A model generated the notes under the pieces. It saw only the letters and a list, made by a program, of their open reading frames with translations, searched no databases and was not told the origin of the DNA. Positions 1 to 13,877 of a stretch of DNA of 64,000 bases are shown in pieces (positions within the stretch are counted from its first letter, which is position 1; each line of letters starts with the position of its first letter). Source of the stretch: Rhizophagus irregularis (taxonomy: Eukaryota); NCBI RefSeq assembly GCF_026210795.1, contig NC_089432.1:868001-932000 (forward strand), in the 5' to 3' direction. Position numbers and translations under genes: made by a program.

Positions 1-396
1 GTCATACAGGACGGGTAGTGCAACAATAATTGGATTTGCAGATCAAATTTTCTGTCTGCAGTTAATGAAGTTAATGAACCAATAAATTCATTTATCGTTC
101 AGCCTAATGAGTTCATGCAGATTTACAATAGACTATAACTATATTTTATTAAGCATAACAATAATACAGGGTTACACATAATTGACGTATGTATCCCGTC
201 ACAGGGCCTTTCATTGGTAATCATGATACTTCTCATCAAATAATATATATATTTTTAAGAGGATATTTAATAGTTTGTATTTTTTACAATAATAACTTAT
301 TTATTGAACAACGGAGTAATATGGTGACCACTAGAGCTAGCCAAAGTTAAGCATATTACGAAGCTTAGAGTACGGTAGTTCAGTAAAGATATCTTA

Positions 397-590
397 CCCA
401 GTATCACCGACACTTTTTTCACCCCACGTGATTTTGTAATATTCATCACCGGCATCACACCCCATCGCGTTTTCACTGTTTATATTTATCTGAGGGACTT
501 AGCCTCGCAAAATTATTTTTTCACGTCCCTTTAAATGTCACCGGTCACGTGGGGTGGAATTTTAATTATAAAAGTGTCGGTGATACTGGG
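397..590. mobile_element. MITE with 21-bp perfect TIRs and TA flanks (Tc1/mariner-like)
   Basis: CCCAGTATCACCGACACTTTT at 397 and its reverse complement ending at 590, TA on both sides. An inner inverted pair CACCCCACGTG/CACGTGGGGTG extends the symmetry. Confidence 0.8.
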
Positions 591-603
591 TAAATAGTAA
601 AGA

Positions 604-966
604 CACTTACCGCAAGTACCGATGTGGTTGATTTTGTGCACTTGTAATTTTTTACACTCTGGTGGATGGTTATCTTCTGTCCGGCACCCTAGTAGTTTTG
701 AGTTAGATATAGATAATTTTTCTTTTTCATGTAATTTTAATTTTAATTTTTTTAGTTCTTCTTTTGCATTTGATAGCCCGTTTTAGACTCCAGGTTATGC
801 TTGATTGTTCTATAGAATAATGGGCAAGACGACCCCTTCAGGCTCCTCCTGAGAGGTTGGGTAGAACACTAGCTTAGAATTTATTGATCTTTTAGACCAT
901 GTTTATTCCTATTTAGCGTTCGACCCCAGTCGAGTCTATATCTTAAAAATAAAATAAAAAAATAAA
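604..966 (+). mobile_element. 5'-truncated non-LTR retrotransposon 3' end
   Basis: Direct repeat AAATAGTAAAGA at 592-603 and 967-978, (TAAAAA)n-like tail at about 945-970, and an open ORF end HLPQVPMWLILCTCNFLHSGGW...PF*. Confidence 0.75.
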
Positions 967-3355
967 AAATAGTAAAGATGCGGCAGTCACATGATTGTTT
1001 GGCACAGAAATCAGATGATTATTGGCGCAGCAACGCACAGTGATCGACAAATTAGTACAAACACACAATTGTTTGCACGAAATGTTCAAGTGATGTAAAT
1101 AAAATAATATTTATTAACTTGATTGGAAACAAACGTAGATAATGGAGGAAATGATAGATCAGTTTATAATGTTAATAGTTAAAGAAAAATGAATTATATT
1201 GATAAAATTCTTTAACATTAGGAACATTTATTTTTAGAAAAAAGGATCATTGCAAATTATAAGTCATAAATCAAAATATTTGTAAAATTTTATAAAAATG
1301 ATGTAACTATATTAAAGAATTATAAGTGCCTTAGTTTAAAATGATTTAGTTCAGCCTTGGCCATCATGAAAAATAAAATTATTGTTAAAAGAGCTTTGCT
1401 CAATTATTAAAGAGTAATTATTGTTAATTAAAAATTATAAAGTTTAATAATGGAAAAATTCACTTATCGTCAATTGAAAATTGTAATGGGATAATAAAGT
1501 GGTTGTTTAATGAAAAAGTCCTTAGTAAACTGTGATAAACCAAGTACGATTAATGTCGTATTTGAAATGTACTGAGAGAGGGCAACTGGTCACTGGTTCA
1601 TCAGGCTCTCAGTTACAATGGTATCAATTATAAGCAAACTTTATTTGCTAACATTATATTTTTAATAAACTTGCAATTTTATTCATTAATTATAAGTAAA
1701 TCAATTTTATATTAATCTTTTACTCAATTATAATTAAAGATTGCTGAAGAAACGAACTAGAGGCTTGGCAAGTTGGCATAATGCTGAAAAGGTGAAACTT
1801 GGTGAAACCATGATGAACTCTTATTAAAATATTAGCAAACCTAATCAAATGTTAAAACTGCTGAAACTATATTAAACCTATATTAAAAACTTGATGGAAT
1901 TAATCATAAAATTTCGGAGGGATATAATAATCATTGTAGAAATCAACTAAATTCACAGATGCATAAATTCCACCTTTAACATAATTGCACACATAAAAAG
2001 ATATGATGATAGAAATCCAGGCATCACCAATTTTGTATGATTTTCATGAAGAACCAGTTTTCAACCTCTCTCAGCACATACCACTTCAATTAAACTTTAG
2101 TGCATACCTCTTCAAGATTTTTTATACCTTGAGAATATTAGAGAAGATTTTGAGTGTGACTTCCACTTTGAACCAGTGTGTTCACAGAGAGAAAATTCTT
2201 GCCCAAATACTGAATACAATTCCCTATCCAGATCAAACCACTATAAATTATTAATTTAGTAAATAAATCATATCAATAGTTGACAATGAAGACTTGTAAA
2301 GACTTATCGTGCCTATACCATGAACACTTAGTCCAAATGGTAACCAAGCATTATTGCCAACAATACAAAATTTTAAAATATTAACAAAACTTACAAAATA
2401 GCTGATCAAAACAAGAAAAATGTGTCTCTTTATAAAGATATCAACGTCTCATTCAGAATTAGGTCATTGGGGAATTTCTTTGGCAATAATTTCACATCTG
2501 GACAAATTATAACGGGAATAATTTATTACTAAATTATTGAACCTACATACGTATATCAACTTTTTATTTTCTAATAATTTTTTGAGGTTTAAGTATAGTT
2601 CTTTCGGGTTTAACTGCTTCACCAATCGTGCAAAGCTGATCATTATCAAGCTGGTAATCAAAGCATGTGTCAACAAATTTCAAATAAAAATTTGAAATAA
2701 TTAATTCTATCATTCAACTTTTTAAATGTGAATCTTCATTATTGGAATAGTCATGCACAATATAACTAAATAACTACGTTACTCGAAATAAATTCCAGAA
2801 TTATTGTAGGAAAAAGAAAAAAATTATTAATTGATTGTGTAAGTTGATTTAAGTGTATTTTGAAGTAATATTTTTGATCGGAATTAGTTGAATTTTGTGG
2901 TTATCATTTAATAGTTTTTTGGGATATGATTGGATTTAATAGTCAAGCATGAATTACAAGTTATAAAAAGACGATTTTTAATTACTTAATAATGTATTTT
3001 CAGAAAAGTATGAATGTCAACTATTGCAATTTATTTATAATGTAAATAAAAAGAACATCAATAAAACATTTTAAGGTAAATATGACATAAAAAAAAAATT
3101 TAGTAACTTTTAGTAGAAATGATCAACAATTGTCGAGTAAATTGTACGTCAGTAGACTGCGGTTGCGTAGAAAATTGATCTACGGTAGCGCAACAGTTAA
3201 TTTGTTTAATAATTGTATTACGGTACTACCATAATAATATTTCAAAATAATAAATATAAAGGAGTAATCATTAAATTTCCCCTGCAGTGAAATTTTTTAT
3301 TTTTTTTTATTGTCAAATAACACTAAAGTGAATTTTGCTAATAATTCAGATAAAT

Positions 3356-4330
3356 ATGTCAAATATTTATAATTCATCACATAAAGTATTAACTCAAATA
3401 ATTCAGAATTTTGATAAATTAGATATGAAAGAAATAATACCAACAACTCAAAATATTAATAAAAGTATATTTGAAGAGGATTTAAGTATTATGATAGACG
3501 AATTGGTTAATATTAATTTTGATGATTTAAATAAAGGATATGATGATAATGTAAGAAAGCAACATCTTTTTGATTATATTTTTAATCATGGAATGATTTT
3601 ACAAGAAATTTATAATTGGCTTTTAAATAATCAATATCATTCAAATTCCATTTATTTGCTTGGATATTTTAATTTTCATGGAATTGAAACAAATAATAAT
3701 AAACAAAAAGCGTTTAAATTATATCAAGTTGCAGCAGAATTAGAAAATATTGTAGCTCAATTGGATCTTTCTGATATGTATATAAGTGGAAATGAAGTTG
3801 AAAAAAATTATGATAAAGCTTTTGAAATGTCGACAAAATTGGCAGAAAAAGGCAATCCAAATGCAATGAATAGGTTAGGATATTGTTACGATTTTGGAAT
3901 CGGAATTGATACTAATGAACATAAAGCATTTGAATCATATCAAAAAGCAGCGGATTTAGGAAATACAAATGGAATAAATAATCTAGCATGGTGTTATGAA
4001 AATGGGCTTGGGACTAACGTTAATAAGGAAAGAGCATTTGAGTTATATCAAAAAGCAGCAGATTTGGGAAATGCAAATGGAATAAATAGTTTAGGATGTT
4101 GTTATGACGTTGGGTGTGGAACTAATATCAATAAGCAAAAAGCATTCGAACTATATGAAGAAGCAGCAAATTTGGGAAATGATTATGCTCAATATAATCT
4201 TGCATTGATATATGAGAAGGGAAATGAATTTAAGAAAGATATAGCCAAAGCAATTTATTGGTATAAAAAATCCGCTAAACAAGGACACGAATACGCTAAA
4301 AAACATTTGGACTTACTTTTAAATAAATAA
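3356..4330 (+). CDS. Sel1-like repeat protein, intronless, no kinase domain
   Basis: 36-aa repeats of the type A..NLG.CY..G.G...N..KAFE.Y.KAA..G and terminal KAIYWYKKSA. First ATG is at 3356; the ORF track starts at an upstream TTG. Confidence 0.9.
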   Translation: MSNIYNSSHKVLTQIIQNFDKLDMKEIIPTTQNINKSIFEEDLSIMIDELVNINFDDLNKGYDDNVRKQHLFDYIFNHGMILQEIYNWLLNNQYHSNSIYLLGYFNFHGIETNNNKQKAFKLYQVAAELENIVAQLDLSDMYISGNEVEKNYDKAFEMSTKLAEKGNPNAMNRLGYCYDFGIGIDTNEHKAFESYQKAADLGNTNGINNLAWCYENGLGTNVNKERAFELYQKAADLGNANGINSLGCCYDVGCGTNINKQKAFELYEEAANLGNDYAQYNLALIYEKGNEFKKDIAKAIYWYKKSAKQGHEYAKKHLDLLLNK

Positions 4331-5664
4331 TCTACTTATCAAACTCAATTTTTTATTCAATTATTATACATATAATTAGGAGTTTGTTACGTCATTACAT
4401 ATATTAATTTAAATACAAATAAATAATTATTTAAAATGTATTCGTGTGAATATTCTTTAATCAAATATATCGATTTAATAATTTTTAATTTATAAGAAAA
4501 CGTTTTTTTTTTTGTTATAATTTAAATTGTGCTAAGTAAACAAGTTACATACAATTACTTCTATATCTCATAGTCCGGCAATGTTGGCTATTAATAGTTC
4601 TTGACCGGTTAATAACCTTTGATATAGTAAATACACAAAAATTATTGTATTCAATGAGGATTTAGTAGAGGCATATAAAATGTAAAATAATATGTAATCG
4701 ATCAGCCATTAACAACTGTCTTCGGAGAGATATTTCAGTTGGCTCTTTATTTGACTGAATTTGTATATAATGGCATTTATTATAAACTGATATAACTGAT
4801 TAGTAATACTCTATTAACTATTCATAGAAGTAGTGGATGTAAGTAAGTTATTTAGTCATAAAATTAATTTGAAGAATTTACCAATTGTATTTATTAACCA
4901 TTATTTTATCATGCACTATACCTAATAAATTCTAACAAATCCAATAATTTTTCTGTCATAATTTTTTATATACTTAATAAATATTAAATACTGTATTTTA
5001 ATGGCAAATTGATAATTAGTGTACCTAGAAAGCAAGCCGTCTGGGCGCTTCGTGGCTAAGTGAGAAGCCCTAAATGAAAATTACCCAAAAAGTCATTTTC
5101 ACACCACCAACTAATTGACTGTATATGTTCCACATCTAAGATTATAATTTTTTTTCATATATAAACAAAATACAAAACGATATACCATATTTCAAAAATA
5201 TATCTCATTAATTTTGTTATCAATCGGAAATAATATGTAAGTTTGTTACTTAATTATTAAATGCTTGTATACTAATATTTTATTTTTGTCAAGAAAACAG
5301 AATTTTCATAAAAAAAGTAGGTACTTAGAACAATTTTAGAAAGACAGATTGAACGTTTCTCAAGATAAATTTTTGACTATTAATAATAGCCGCCTGAAAT
5401 TTCTATAATTGTAACTAAACCCATTAGTATATATTTGATTTTAAGAACGGTCATTATTTAGGCCTTAGATTAATTTTTTTTTGGATATATATATCATAAT
5501 ATCGAAGAACATCAGAATTATATATTTGCATTACTTTCGTATTATCATAAGATATATATAAAGTATATTTCCAAATAGTTCAAATCGTATCACAATTTTG
5601 CACTAGGCTTTTTAGTTAATAATGTAAATGATGTAAAACATGAAACAAAAAGTGGATAAAAAAC

Positions 5665-6447
5665 TCATTCATTCAATAGTTTTTTCAATTTGTTTTGAGC
5701 ATCTACATCTCCTTGTTCCGCAGATTTTTTATACCAATAAATTGCTTGATCTATATTTTTTTCAGTTCCAGATCCCTTTTCATACATTAATGCAAGATTA
5801 TATTGAGCTAAACCATTCCCTAAATCTGTTGCTTTCTTGTATAAACCAAATGCTGTCTCTAGATTAACATCAGTACCAATTCCTCCATCATAACAAAATC
5901 CTAAAAGATTTATTCCACATGAATATTCCTTTTCTGCTAATTTTTTAGATAATTTAAAAGCTTCTTCATAATCCTGATCATCACCATTAACATATATATT
6001 AGCAAGGTCAAATTGAGCTGCATTATTATCTAAATAAGCTGCTTTTTGATATAATTCTATTGCTTTAAGTATATTGGTGTTAATTCCAATTCCCTGATAA
6101 TTAAAATATCCAAGTAAATAAATAGAATTTGTATCATTTTGATTATTTAAAAGCCATTTAAACATTTCTTGTAAATCTATCCCAAGATTTTCGATATACT
6201 CAATAATATGTTCCCTTATAACATATCCTTCTTTTCCTTCATTTACCTCCTTAAAATAACTATTGACCAATTCATTAATTGAAATATTCATATCTTCATC
6301 AAAAATATTTTTATGAATATATTGAATTGTAGGTTCTATTTCCTTAATATTGGTTTTACCAAAATTTTCAATAACTTGAGATAATTTTTTATGTAAAAAA
6401 CTATTAATATTTGACGAGTTAACATTATTTGAATTTTTTTTCAACAT
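5665..6447 (-). CDS. Sel1-like repeat protein, short variant (260 aa)
   Basis: Same N-terminal block (KEIEPT...NIF.ED...WLLNNQN..NSIYLLGYFNY) as its paralogs, followed by Sel1 repeats. About 72 aa shorter than the others. Confidence 0.9.
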   Translation of the reverse strand: MLKKNSNNVNSSNINSFLHKKLSQVIENFGKTNIKEIEPTIQYIHKNIFDEDMNISINELVNSYFKEVNEGKEGYVIREHIIEYIENLGIDLQEMFKWLLNNQNDTNSIYLLGYFNYQGIGINTNILKAIELYQKAAYLDNNAAQFDLANIYVNGDDQDYEEAFKLSKKLAEKEYSCGINLLGFCYDGGIGTDVNLETAFGLYKKATDLGNGLAQYNLALMYEKGSGTEKNIDQAIYWYKKSAEQGDVDAQNKLKKLLNE

Positions 6448-9400
6448 TTCGGGTAGTAAGAAATAAAAAATTGTTTATTTTAATTTTTTTCTTTTTTTGC
6501 GTAATATTTATTTTTAGTGTATGGTAATACTGCAGTTGAATTTACCGCAGATCTTTGTTTTTGGTCCGCAGCGTAAAGTTTTTTATTGGTAACGTGATCT
6601 TAATTAGGGTAACTTCAATTACCATTTATATGATAACAAAATGTTTAACTCGAAGTTAATTTATTGTAATGTGGCTTGAAAACAAAAAAATCCTTACGCA
6701 TAAACATTTTTTGTATGATTTTTTCTATTATTAATTCATTTTTAAAATTCTTTCTTTATAATTTTATATATAATTTCTAATTTTAAATTGATTGTTAGTT
6801 GACTTTTTAGAATTTATCTTACATTATTTTTCTTTGACATATTTCAAGTTTTTGATAAAGAATATTTGAAATGGAAAAATAAATTACATATTCTAAAATT
6901 ATATTTTATTGAAAAACAATAAATCAGATTTTGAAATAAATCCAAATAATAAATTAGAGGAATTTTTGGATAAATTCAGTTTAAAGTTTATTGCAGCGAA
7001 ACAATCATAAATTCCGTCATAACTTGTTTTACTTCCTTAATTAGACAGTTTATAATATTCTCATCATCAACAACTACTCAATCTTGGTAAAATGTTTTTC
7101 AGTTAATCTTTGGGTTATCTTTCAGGTATCTGAGTCAGAGTAACATGATAAACATTTTTGGATTAAATAAATATTGTGTCAAATTTTATTGGATTTGCGC
7201 AAAAAATATTGGAGATTGTGAGATTTACAAACCTTGCCATGTGATCATTTTTTTGTAATATAGGAATACAGTTCATCTCAGTAATCCCTGAAAGAAAAAA
7301 GAAAATAAGTAATGTTAAAAATATTACTAAAAAAAATAAACAAAAGATTATTTTCTACCTAAAAAAATCATTAATCTTTAATCTACACATTTAGTCCAAA
7401 TTACTGTATTTTCGGTGACCTTTATCAGGAGTTCAGGATCAATCCCCAGAATTGATAAGCTTCGTATTAAAAATACTGGAATTTTTGAACAGATAATATT
7501 TTTTCCTTTTTTTTGTTTTTTAATAAGGCTTAATTTTTTATACATTTGAATTATGTCTATGTTTCTATATAACGCGGTGTTAAATTTTAAAATTGCATAC
7601 TGTTTAATAAAAGTCCATTGATGATTCTTTGTCTACATTCCACTAATTTCTTATTAATGTCGTTGGGTTACTTCTATAGTCTTAGTTAGGCCATTGGTAT
7701 TAATGTAATACGCCTAACTCCCAGAAACTATATATACAGTATATATATAATTAATATTCGTCAAATAAAATGACAGAACAGTTTATAATAAACTTTAATA
7801 AAGCGTTAAATCTACCTGGTTTTCTATATTTAACAAGATAAATTAAAAACGGCGTTAAATTTTCACTTTAGTAGTGAGTACTTTTTACTCATATTATAAC
7901 ATGGATATATTTTTATCTATGCGAATTTTAATTACCTGTTATTTCAATTCATTATTCTTTTTTTTCTTTTTGAACTTTATTTGTGCTTGCAAAAATATTT
8001 TCCCATTTTGTATTTCAGATGTGTCATTTTCCCAAGGTTCTTTATAATTATCAGTTATATATAATGGTGTTTTAATTACACATTCGATAAGCAATTTTAA
8101 ATAAAATAAAAGATAAAAATTAAATTATTTCATACAAAAACATTTTCTTCTTTTTTTTTAAAAAAAAAAAGTCGGGGTCAAGAAAAAGCCAATGGCCGAT
8201 CGCATCGTCCCAAAAACGATAATGTAAGGCTACGCCCGTGATAAACCACGTTGCCACCGCAGTCTTAACAAAATAGTCCTTTATTGATAATATAAATAAA
8301 TACAATAATATGCTTGGTTCATCTTAACTATAAAATACACCTAAAAATAAAAAATAAAATTAAAATTAAAAATTTCCCAACTTCGTCCAAAATCATGGCT
8401 ATTTATATTAAATAGCATTTCCTTAAATAGAACCTCTCTTTAAAGAAACAATTTTTTTATTTTCCATTTTCAAATCATTCAATTTTCAATTTTTCAATTT
8501 TTTGCCCTTAACAATCCTTTTTCTCAGAACCATATTTTCCGTCAAAAATATTATTTTTACAATTTCAAAATTATTACTTTACTTAAAATGTAAATACTCC
8601 GATCCTAGTTCCACTTGTTCCCTAGTTTAACGTCATCTCGGACGTTACATTTGTAACGTCATACAATTTTAAGCTACAATAATTTATACACTTATTTTAA
8701 ATATAATACTGCGCCCCATAATTATTGAATTTACTAGTTGAGTCACGGCATTGCAATGATTAAGATCATAATTTCATTAACCGTATATCACGCGTTTCAC
8801 GTTACACAATTCAATTTATTTATTTATACAGGAGGTTATTTAAAACGTCAAAGAAATATTTTTTAGTTATGTAGATACAAATTATATATATGGTTTATAA
8901 ATTTATAAAATTTTATACTTATGAACAAATTTATATTGTATATTGGATATATATATAGTTATGGACATTTTATAAGAATGATCTTAATTTTTCGAGATTA
9001 TAATTTGTCAAGATTGTGAGCGTTAGGTTTGTGTTATAACGAGATTCTGATCGTCAGGGTTTTGGACCCGCACCCTTTTAAATTTCGTACATGATTGACA
9101 CTAACATATCTAAAAGTCGATCCTTTTTTTTATATTCCATCTATTTTCTGTAAAAGGCTCATATTTTCGGAATTAATAACCTTATATCACGGAATTTATC
9201 GAATTATTTTTATTTTCCGTGAATGAATCCGTGAAATGCTCATTTTACGAAGTTTTTACAGATACATAAATTCATTCTATTTTGAATTCTAATCGTTATT
9301 AACTTTTTTCCCTTTACTAACCAAAAATGAATATATACTAATAAAATAAACAGTATTACCAAATAATCTTTCCAAATGTAGGATGATATGATAGTGGTGC

Positions 9401-10777
9401 ATGATAACCACTTGTTAATAGAAATGAGAATTTAGTATCATTTAGTATAGAATCATTGACAATACCTGAAAAAGTATAACGTAGTAGGTTTAACATTATT
9501 ATTTTTTAAGAAGTAAATGTGGGAAACACGCTACATGCTTTCACAACAGCCTACCGCTGGCCGCTTGGTCATGTGTTCGTTCATAACTCCGCATAACTTT
9601 TCATAACTCTGGCAAAACCTGACAGGAAAATGTCCCGTCGGGAAGGGAAATCGTACCGTATCTGATCACTTTCTTTCAAACTTAGAATTCACAATAAAAT
9701 CAGTGAATATTAAATTAAAATAATAGAATTTTGACAAGAGTTCTTTTTGTTTTGTACAATGGTAAATCACTTCTGATCAGTAAGTAGATCGATCCATAAT
9801 AAACCCATTTCGGATATTAAGAAATTTCAAAATAGGTTAGTATCACTCTTCACATAAAAAAATGTTGAATATAGGTTTTTTTATTTGAGTTTTAGCATTA
9901 CTTACTCATATCCATTCTATTTTTGTTTTTTTTTTTAAATCTTTCGTAATATTCGTAAATCATATAAATAATGGATGCCTAATATGATAGTCTTTTCCTT
10001 ATACTCCCAAAAATTTCTTAAATTCTAGATTAAAAATGCGATAGTTATATTTGATATCTAATCTATAAATCATTAATTAAAATAATTAATGAGGCACTTT
10101 TTCATCATAAAAAAAAAGGCAAAAGGAATTGAATAAGAAAATTATGCATGGAATTACGTGGAGTCGAATAATTTTCTAAAACTAAGTATTCGTTTCTTTT
10201 TTATAATATTTCCCCTATGCCTTCGAGATCTTAATGAGTATCTCATTGTTGGAACAAATAAAATTACGTTACCAAAAATTATAACCAACTTAAAATAACA
10301 CATATAAATTAAAATACATAAAACACATTTACACAAGAATAGTTCACGGGCGTTAAGCACCAATTGTTGATATGAAAGTTTAAAGTCATTCCGGACTGCA
10401 GTAAATAAAAATACTTTAAAATTTTACACACTTAAACCAAATATAATACTGCGCCTTATATTTTCGCAGACTAAATTTAAAACGGGTACAACCGGCCCGA
10501 TTTAACCCATAATTTCAGCTAAATACATAATTCTGGGTCATAATTTAAACAAATTCTGAATTAGGAATTTTCATGTCGATCACAAATGATCACGTGACTA
10601 TGGTTCGTTAATTGTCCGCAAACTGTACAAAAAGAAAAATTAAAGAAGCGTTTAGTGCAAGTTAATTAAGAGATTATGTATCAAACTAAATCCGGCTCAA
10701 ACCTAATCATTGTTGGAAACCGAATTTACAACCGGTTTGTGCAACCGGTTCAAACTACAGTTCCTTCGCCTGAATGG

Positions 10778-10910
10778 CTTTGGCGAAATGATTTTCGGTA
10801 AAATATCTATTTGGGAAAATGGCATTTCGGTAAAACATCCCTTCGGCAAAATTTGCTTCGGCAAAATGAGCTTCTGTGAATTGAACTTCAGCAAAAAGTT
10901 CGGATACTCC
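10778..10910. repeat. Degenerate ~15-bp tandem repeat (TTCGGCAAAA core), probable transposon subterminal repeat
   Basis: TTTGGCGAAA, TTCGGTAAAA, TTCGGCAAAA and TTCAGCAAAA recur at about 15-bp spacing. Confidence 0.55.
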
Positions 10911-12141
10911 TAACAGCCTAACCTTAATTCGTTTCATATTTATGATTATGTGTACAAAACGTCTAAAAAAGCTTCATTTTGTCCAATTTATGACACAAAA
11001 ATTAAGAAAATGGTGCTTTTTTAGACATTTATTATATGAGCACAAATATACATTTTATTTTTACTGTTATGACTTTTTTAAACCGTTTTTGGTAAGATTT
11101 CTGGTCATTAACCGAAACATATTTTATTAATGTTTTTTAAATTTGGAAACACTTTTAAGGGTCAATATTAATAGACATGATTATAGTATTCTAGATAAGG
11201 AAAAAATTCGCTAAACACAATATTTGTTTTCAGAATGTACAAAAATAATTGATTTTAATAAATACGTTCGTGATAATTTAATGACTCAGGATTATTTTTT
11301 TCGGAAAGGGTAACACCATATTTCTTTGTAATGTATCGGTTATGTTATATTTTGCTAGTTAACAGATTATATTTTCATTTGTTGATATGGTATGAATTAT
11401 ATGATAGTTGAGTGTAAACTGTATTTTTGTTTAAATCGTGTTTAACTATTCACAAAGAAAAACTAATTTTGAAATCATTTAGTAATGAAATATGCATAAT
11501 TGTGTGAATGTTTTTAATTGTAATCAAATAATTTGAAATTAAAATGCAATAAGGAATTATTAAGGTAATATTCATGTCGGTAAAATGATGTCAGTATCGT
11601 AAAACTAAAATCATTTAAATGGGTATAAAAAATTTTGATATCTTAAATATAGTAAAATTCATAAATAATTTATTTTTAATATTTTTGGTTATTAGGCTAA
11701 CTTTATTCATGTGACAAGATTGACCGCCTCCTATTTCTTAAAAAAAAAAGACAATAATAAATAATAATAAATACAAAATAATGAATATATAAAGAAATAG
11801 AACAGAATAGAATTATTAAATTAGATTTAATAATTATTTGATTATTATTATTTAACTAATATATTACTATAATAAATATATTTTTTTAAAATGAACCCTT
11901 GATTGGGATGTGCGAATTTTTTTGTCAATTATATAGATTGATTTAAACGAACAAAACGAATCAAGTCAAGTAATAGCTCTTGGCAGAAAATCATTGAAAA
12001 TCTAGGTTTTGAAATTATATATAACCACTGTCACCAAAATTTTGTTTTACAGAATCGAGCAGATATTGAAACTTTAAACTCCCAAATTGACAACTACCCA
12101 AACTACTACTCCCTCAGGTCTATCGAACAACATTAACTAAT

Positions 12142-12563
12142 ATGAAACTTCAAAGCTTTTACCTTCTTACTGTCCTTTTCATGTGTTTTTATATAATGGA
12201 CGTTAAAGGTAAAGTCCTTACATTCAATATGTTCTCCATTTTCTTTTCTAATGATTCAACTTTTTGGTTTAATGTATAGCATTTATTGTCGCCACGGATT
12301 TGGATATGATTCTCTGCAGATGTAGAATTTGGATAGAGGATTCAAATGGTCATCGCATAGCCGGTAACAAAAAATACATTGATTGTACTGATTACCCTGA
12401 TGACTATGAATTTATTTATTTTCCAAACCAAACGTACACGGTTCATGCTAAAGTTGAAGGTAGTTTTGAGAAAAAGAAAGCACGAGGACCTTTTAATGAA
12501 AATACCTGTTTTAGTATATTTGGCGATGTTGATGATTGGACTTTTAAACAAACATCTTGTTAA
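12142..12563 (+). CDS. Small secreted Cys-containing protein (116 aa, 2 exons), candidate effector
   Basis: Exon 1 (12142-12208) encodes the hydrophobic signal-like MKLQSFYLLTVLFMCFYIMDVKA. A 71-nt GT..AG intron (12209-12279) has a CTAAT branch-like site. Exon 2 joins in frame to the 12300..12563 ORF ending KQTSC*. Confidence 0.85.
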
Positions 12564-13767
12564 TCGTTTATTTGGATATTATCTCAGTATGTTGAAGATG
12601 TGAACCAATTAAATCTGTCTCTCTAGTTGCATAATTAATTATTTTCTAGAAATATGGCATCATTAATAATTAATACAAAAAATTTTTAATTTTTCAGCAA
12701 ATTATTTACCAAAAAATTTTACCGAAATTTCTCTGTAGCAAATTTAATGTAGTGTAATTAAAACTATAATCAAATTACTCATTATAATAACTTTCATAAT
12801 TTTTATTATTATTTGCGAAAAACATAACTATATTTACCAATTTGGTAATAATTTTTATAATAAAATTATTATTTAACTATTAAGCATTTTTCTGAACTAT
12901 TCTGTTATAATATATTTGAACTAAGTCAACCAACCCGTTACCAGTTTTACTCATTTCAATTATGTTATTGAATAATATATTTACGATTCCATGATCCACG
13001 CACATTCTTATAAATTTCTAAACTAGTAAAGATTCCCTTATGGGTGATTGAGATACTCCTCCGCTGACAAAAACTAATTTTTTAAGGACCCGTAAAAAAA
13101 GTCAATCCATTTTTAATATTCCATCTTTTTTTCCACAAAAGGCTCATATTTCCGGAATTAATTACCTTATATCACGGACCATTTTTTACAGAAATAACGG
13201 ATAAAATAATTTATAGGAAGGATATCGTTAACGGAGGAGACAAGGAATGAATTACAAGATAAATATCAGACGCAGTATAAGAGAACCTAGTAACAGGTTC
13301 CGAAAAATGATAACATACCCCAGTAAAAAGTCATCGTATGAAAATTATACAGTTTTATTTAGTTTTTGTAATTATTTATTCAATATTTGTAGAGTTTAAT
13401 CAAATTTTGTTTTTACTAAAATTTAAATGTATAATTTTTGTAAGATTTATTAAAATTTAAGACAATTTTTCAATAATTTAAATTTGTAGCTATTATTCAA
13501 TTAATCATAATTTATAAAATTTTATTACATTCAAATATTTTGTAAGAAATTTGTAAATTTGTAGTATAATTAGTATAAATTATTCATCACCTTCACTATT
13601 TGAATCTGTATAACTGTCATTTTTTTTTTAAAAAAAAAAATTAGTAACACATTTTATTAATTATTAAAATCAATGGATTTTTGATCATTCCCGTGCATCT
13701 TGATCATTGGTTTGCTAATTATTAGAATTGTAGACAAATAATTAATAATTAATTATTCAGCGAATAA

Positions 13768-13877
13768 CTTATATATTGGGTAAATCATGTTTGATTTGTT
13801 GATCCGGGCTCCGCAGAAGCCCGAGATCAACCAATCAAATTTGATTCCCATATAACAAGCTACCTTTAGGTAGCGTT
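13768..13877. repeat. Foldback/hairpin element
   Basis: TTTGATTTGTTGATC-CGGGCT...AGCCCG-AGATCAACCAATCAAA arms plus a small GCTACCTTTAGGTAGC hairpin. AGCGAATAA occurs on both sides. Confidence 0.55.

Noticed and set aside
10703..10937. Pentapeptide-repeat-like small proteins
   Set aside because: Overlapping ORFs on both strands reflect a 15-bp DNA repeat, and there is no gene structure support.
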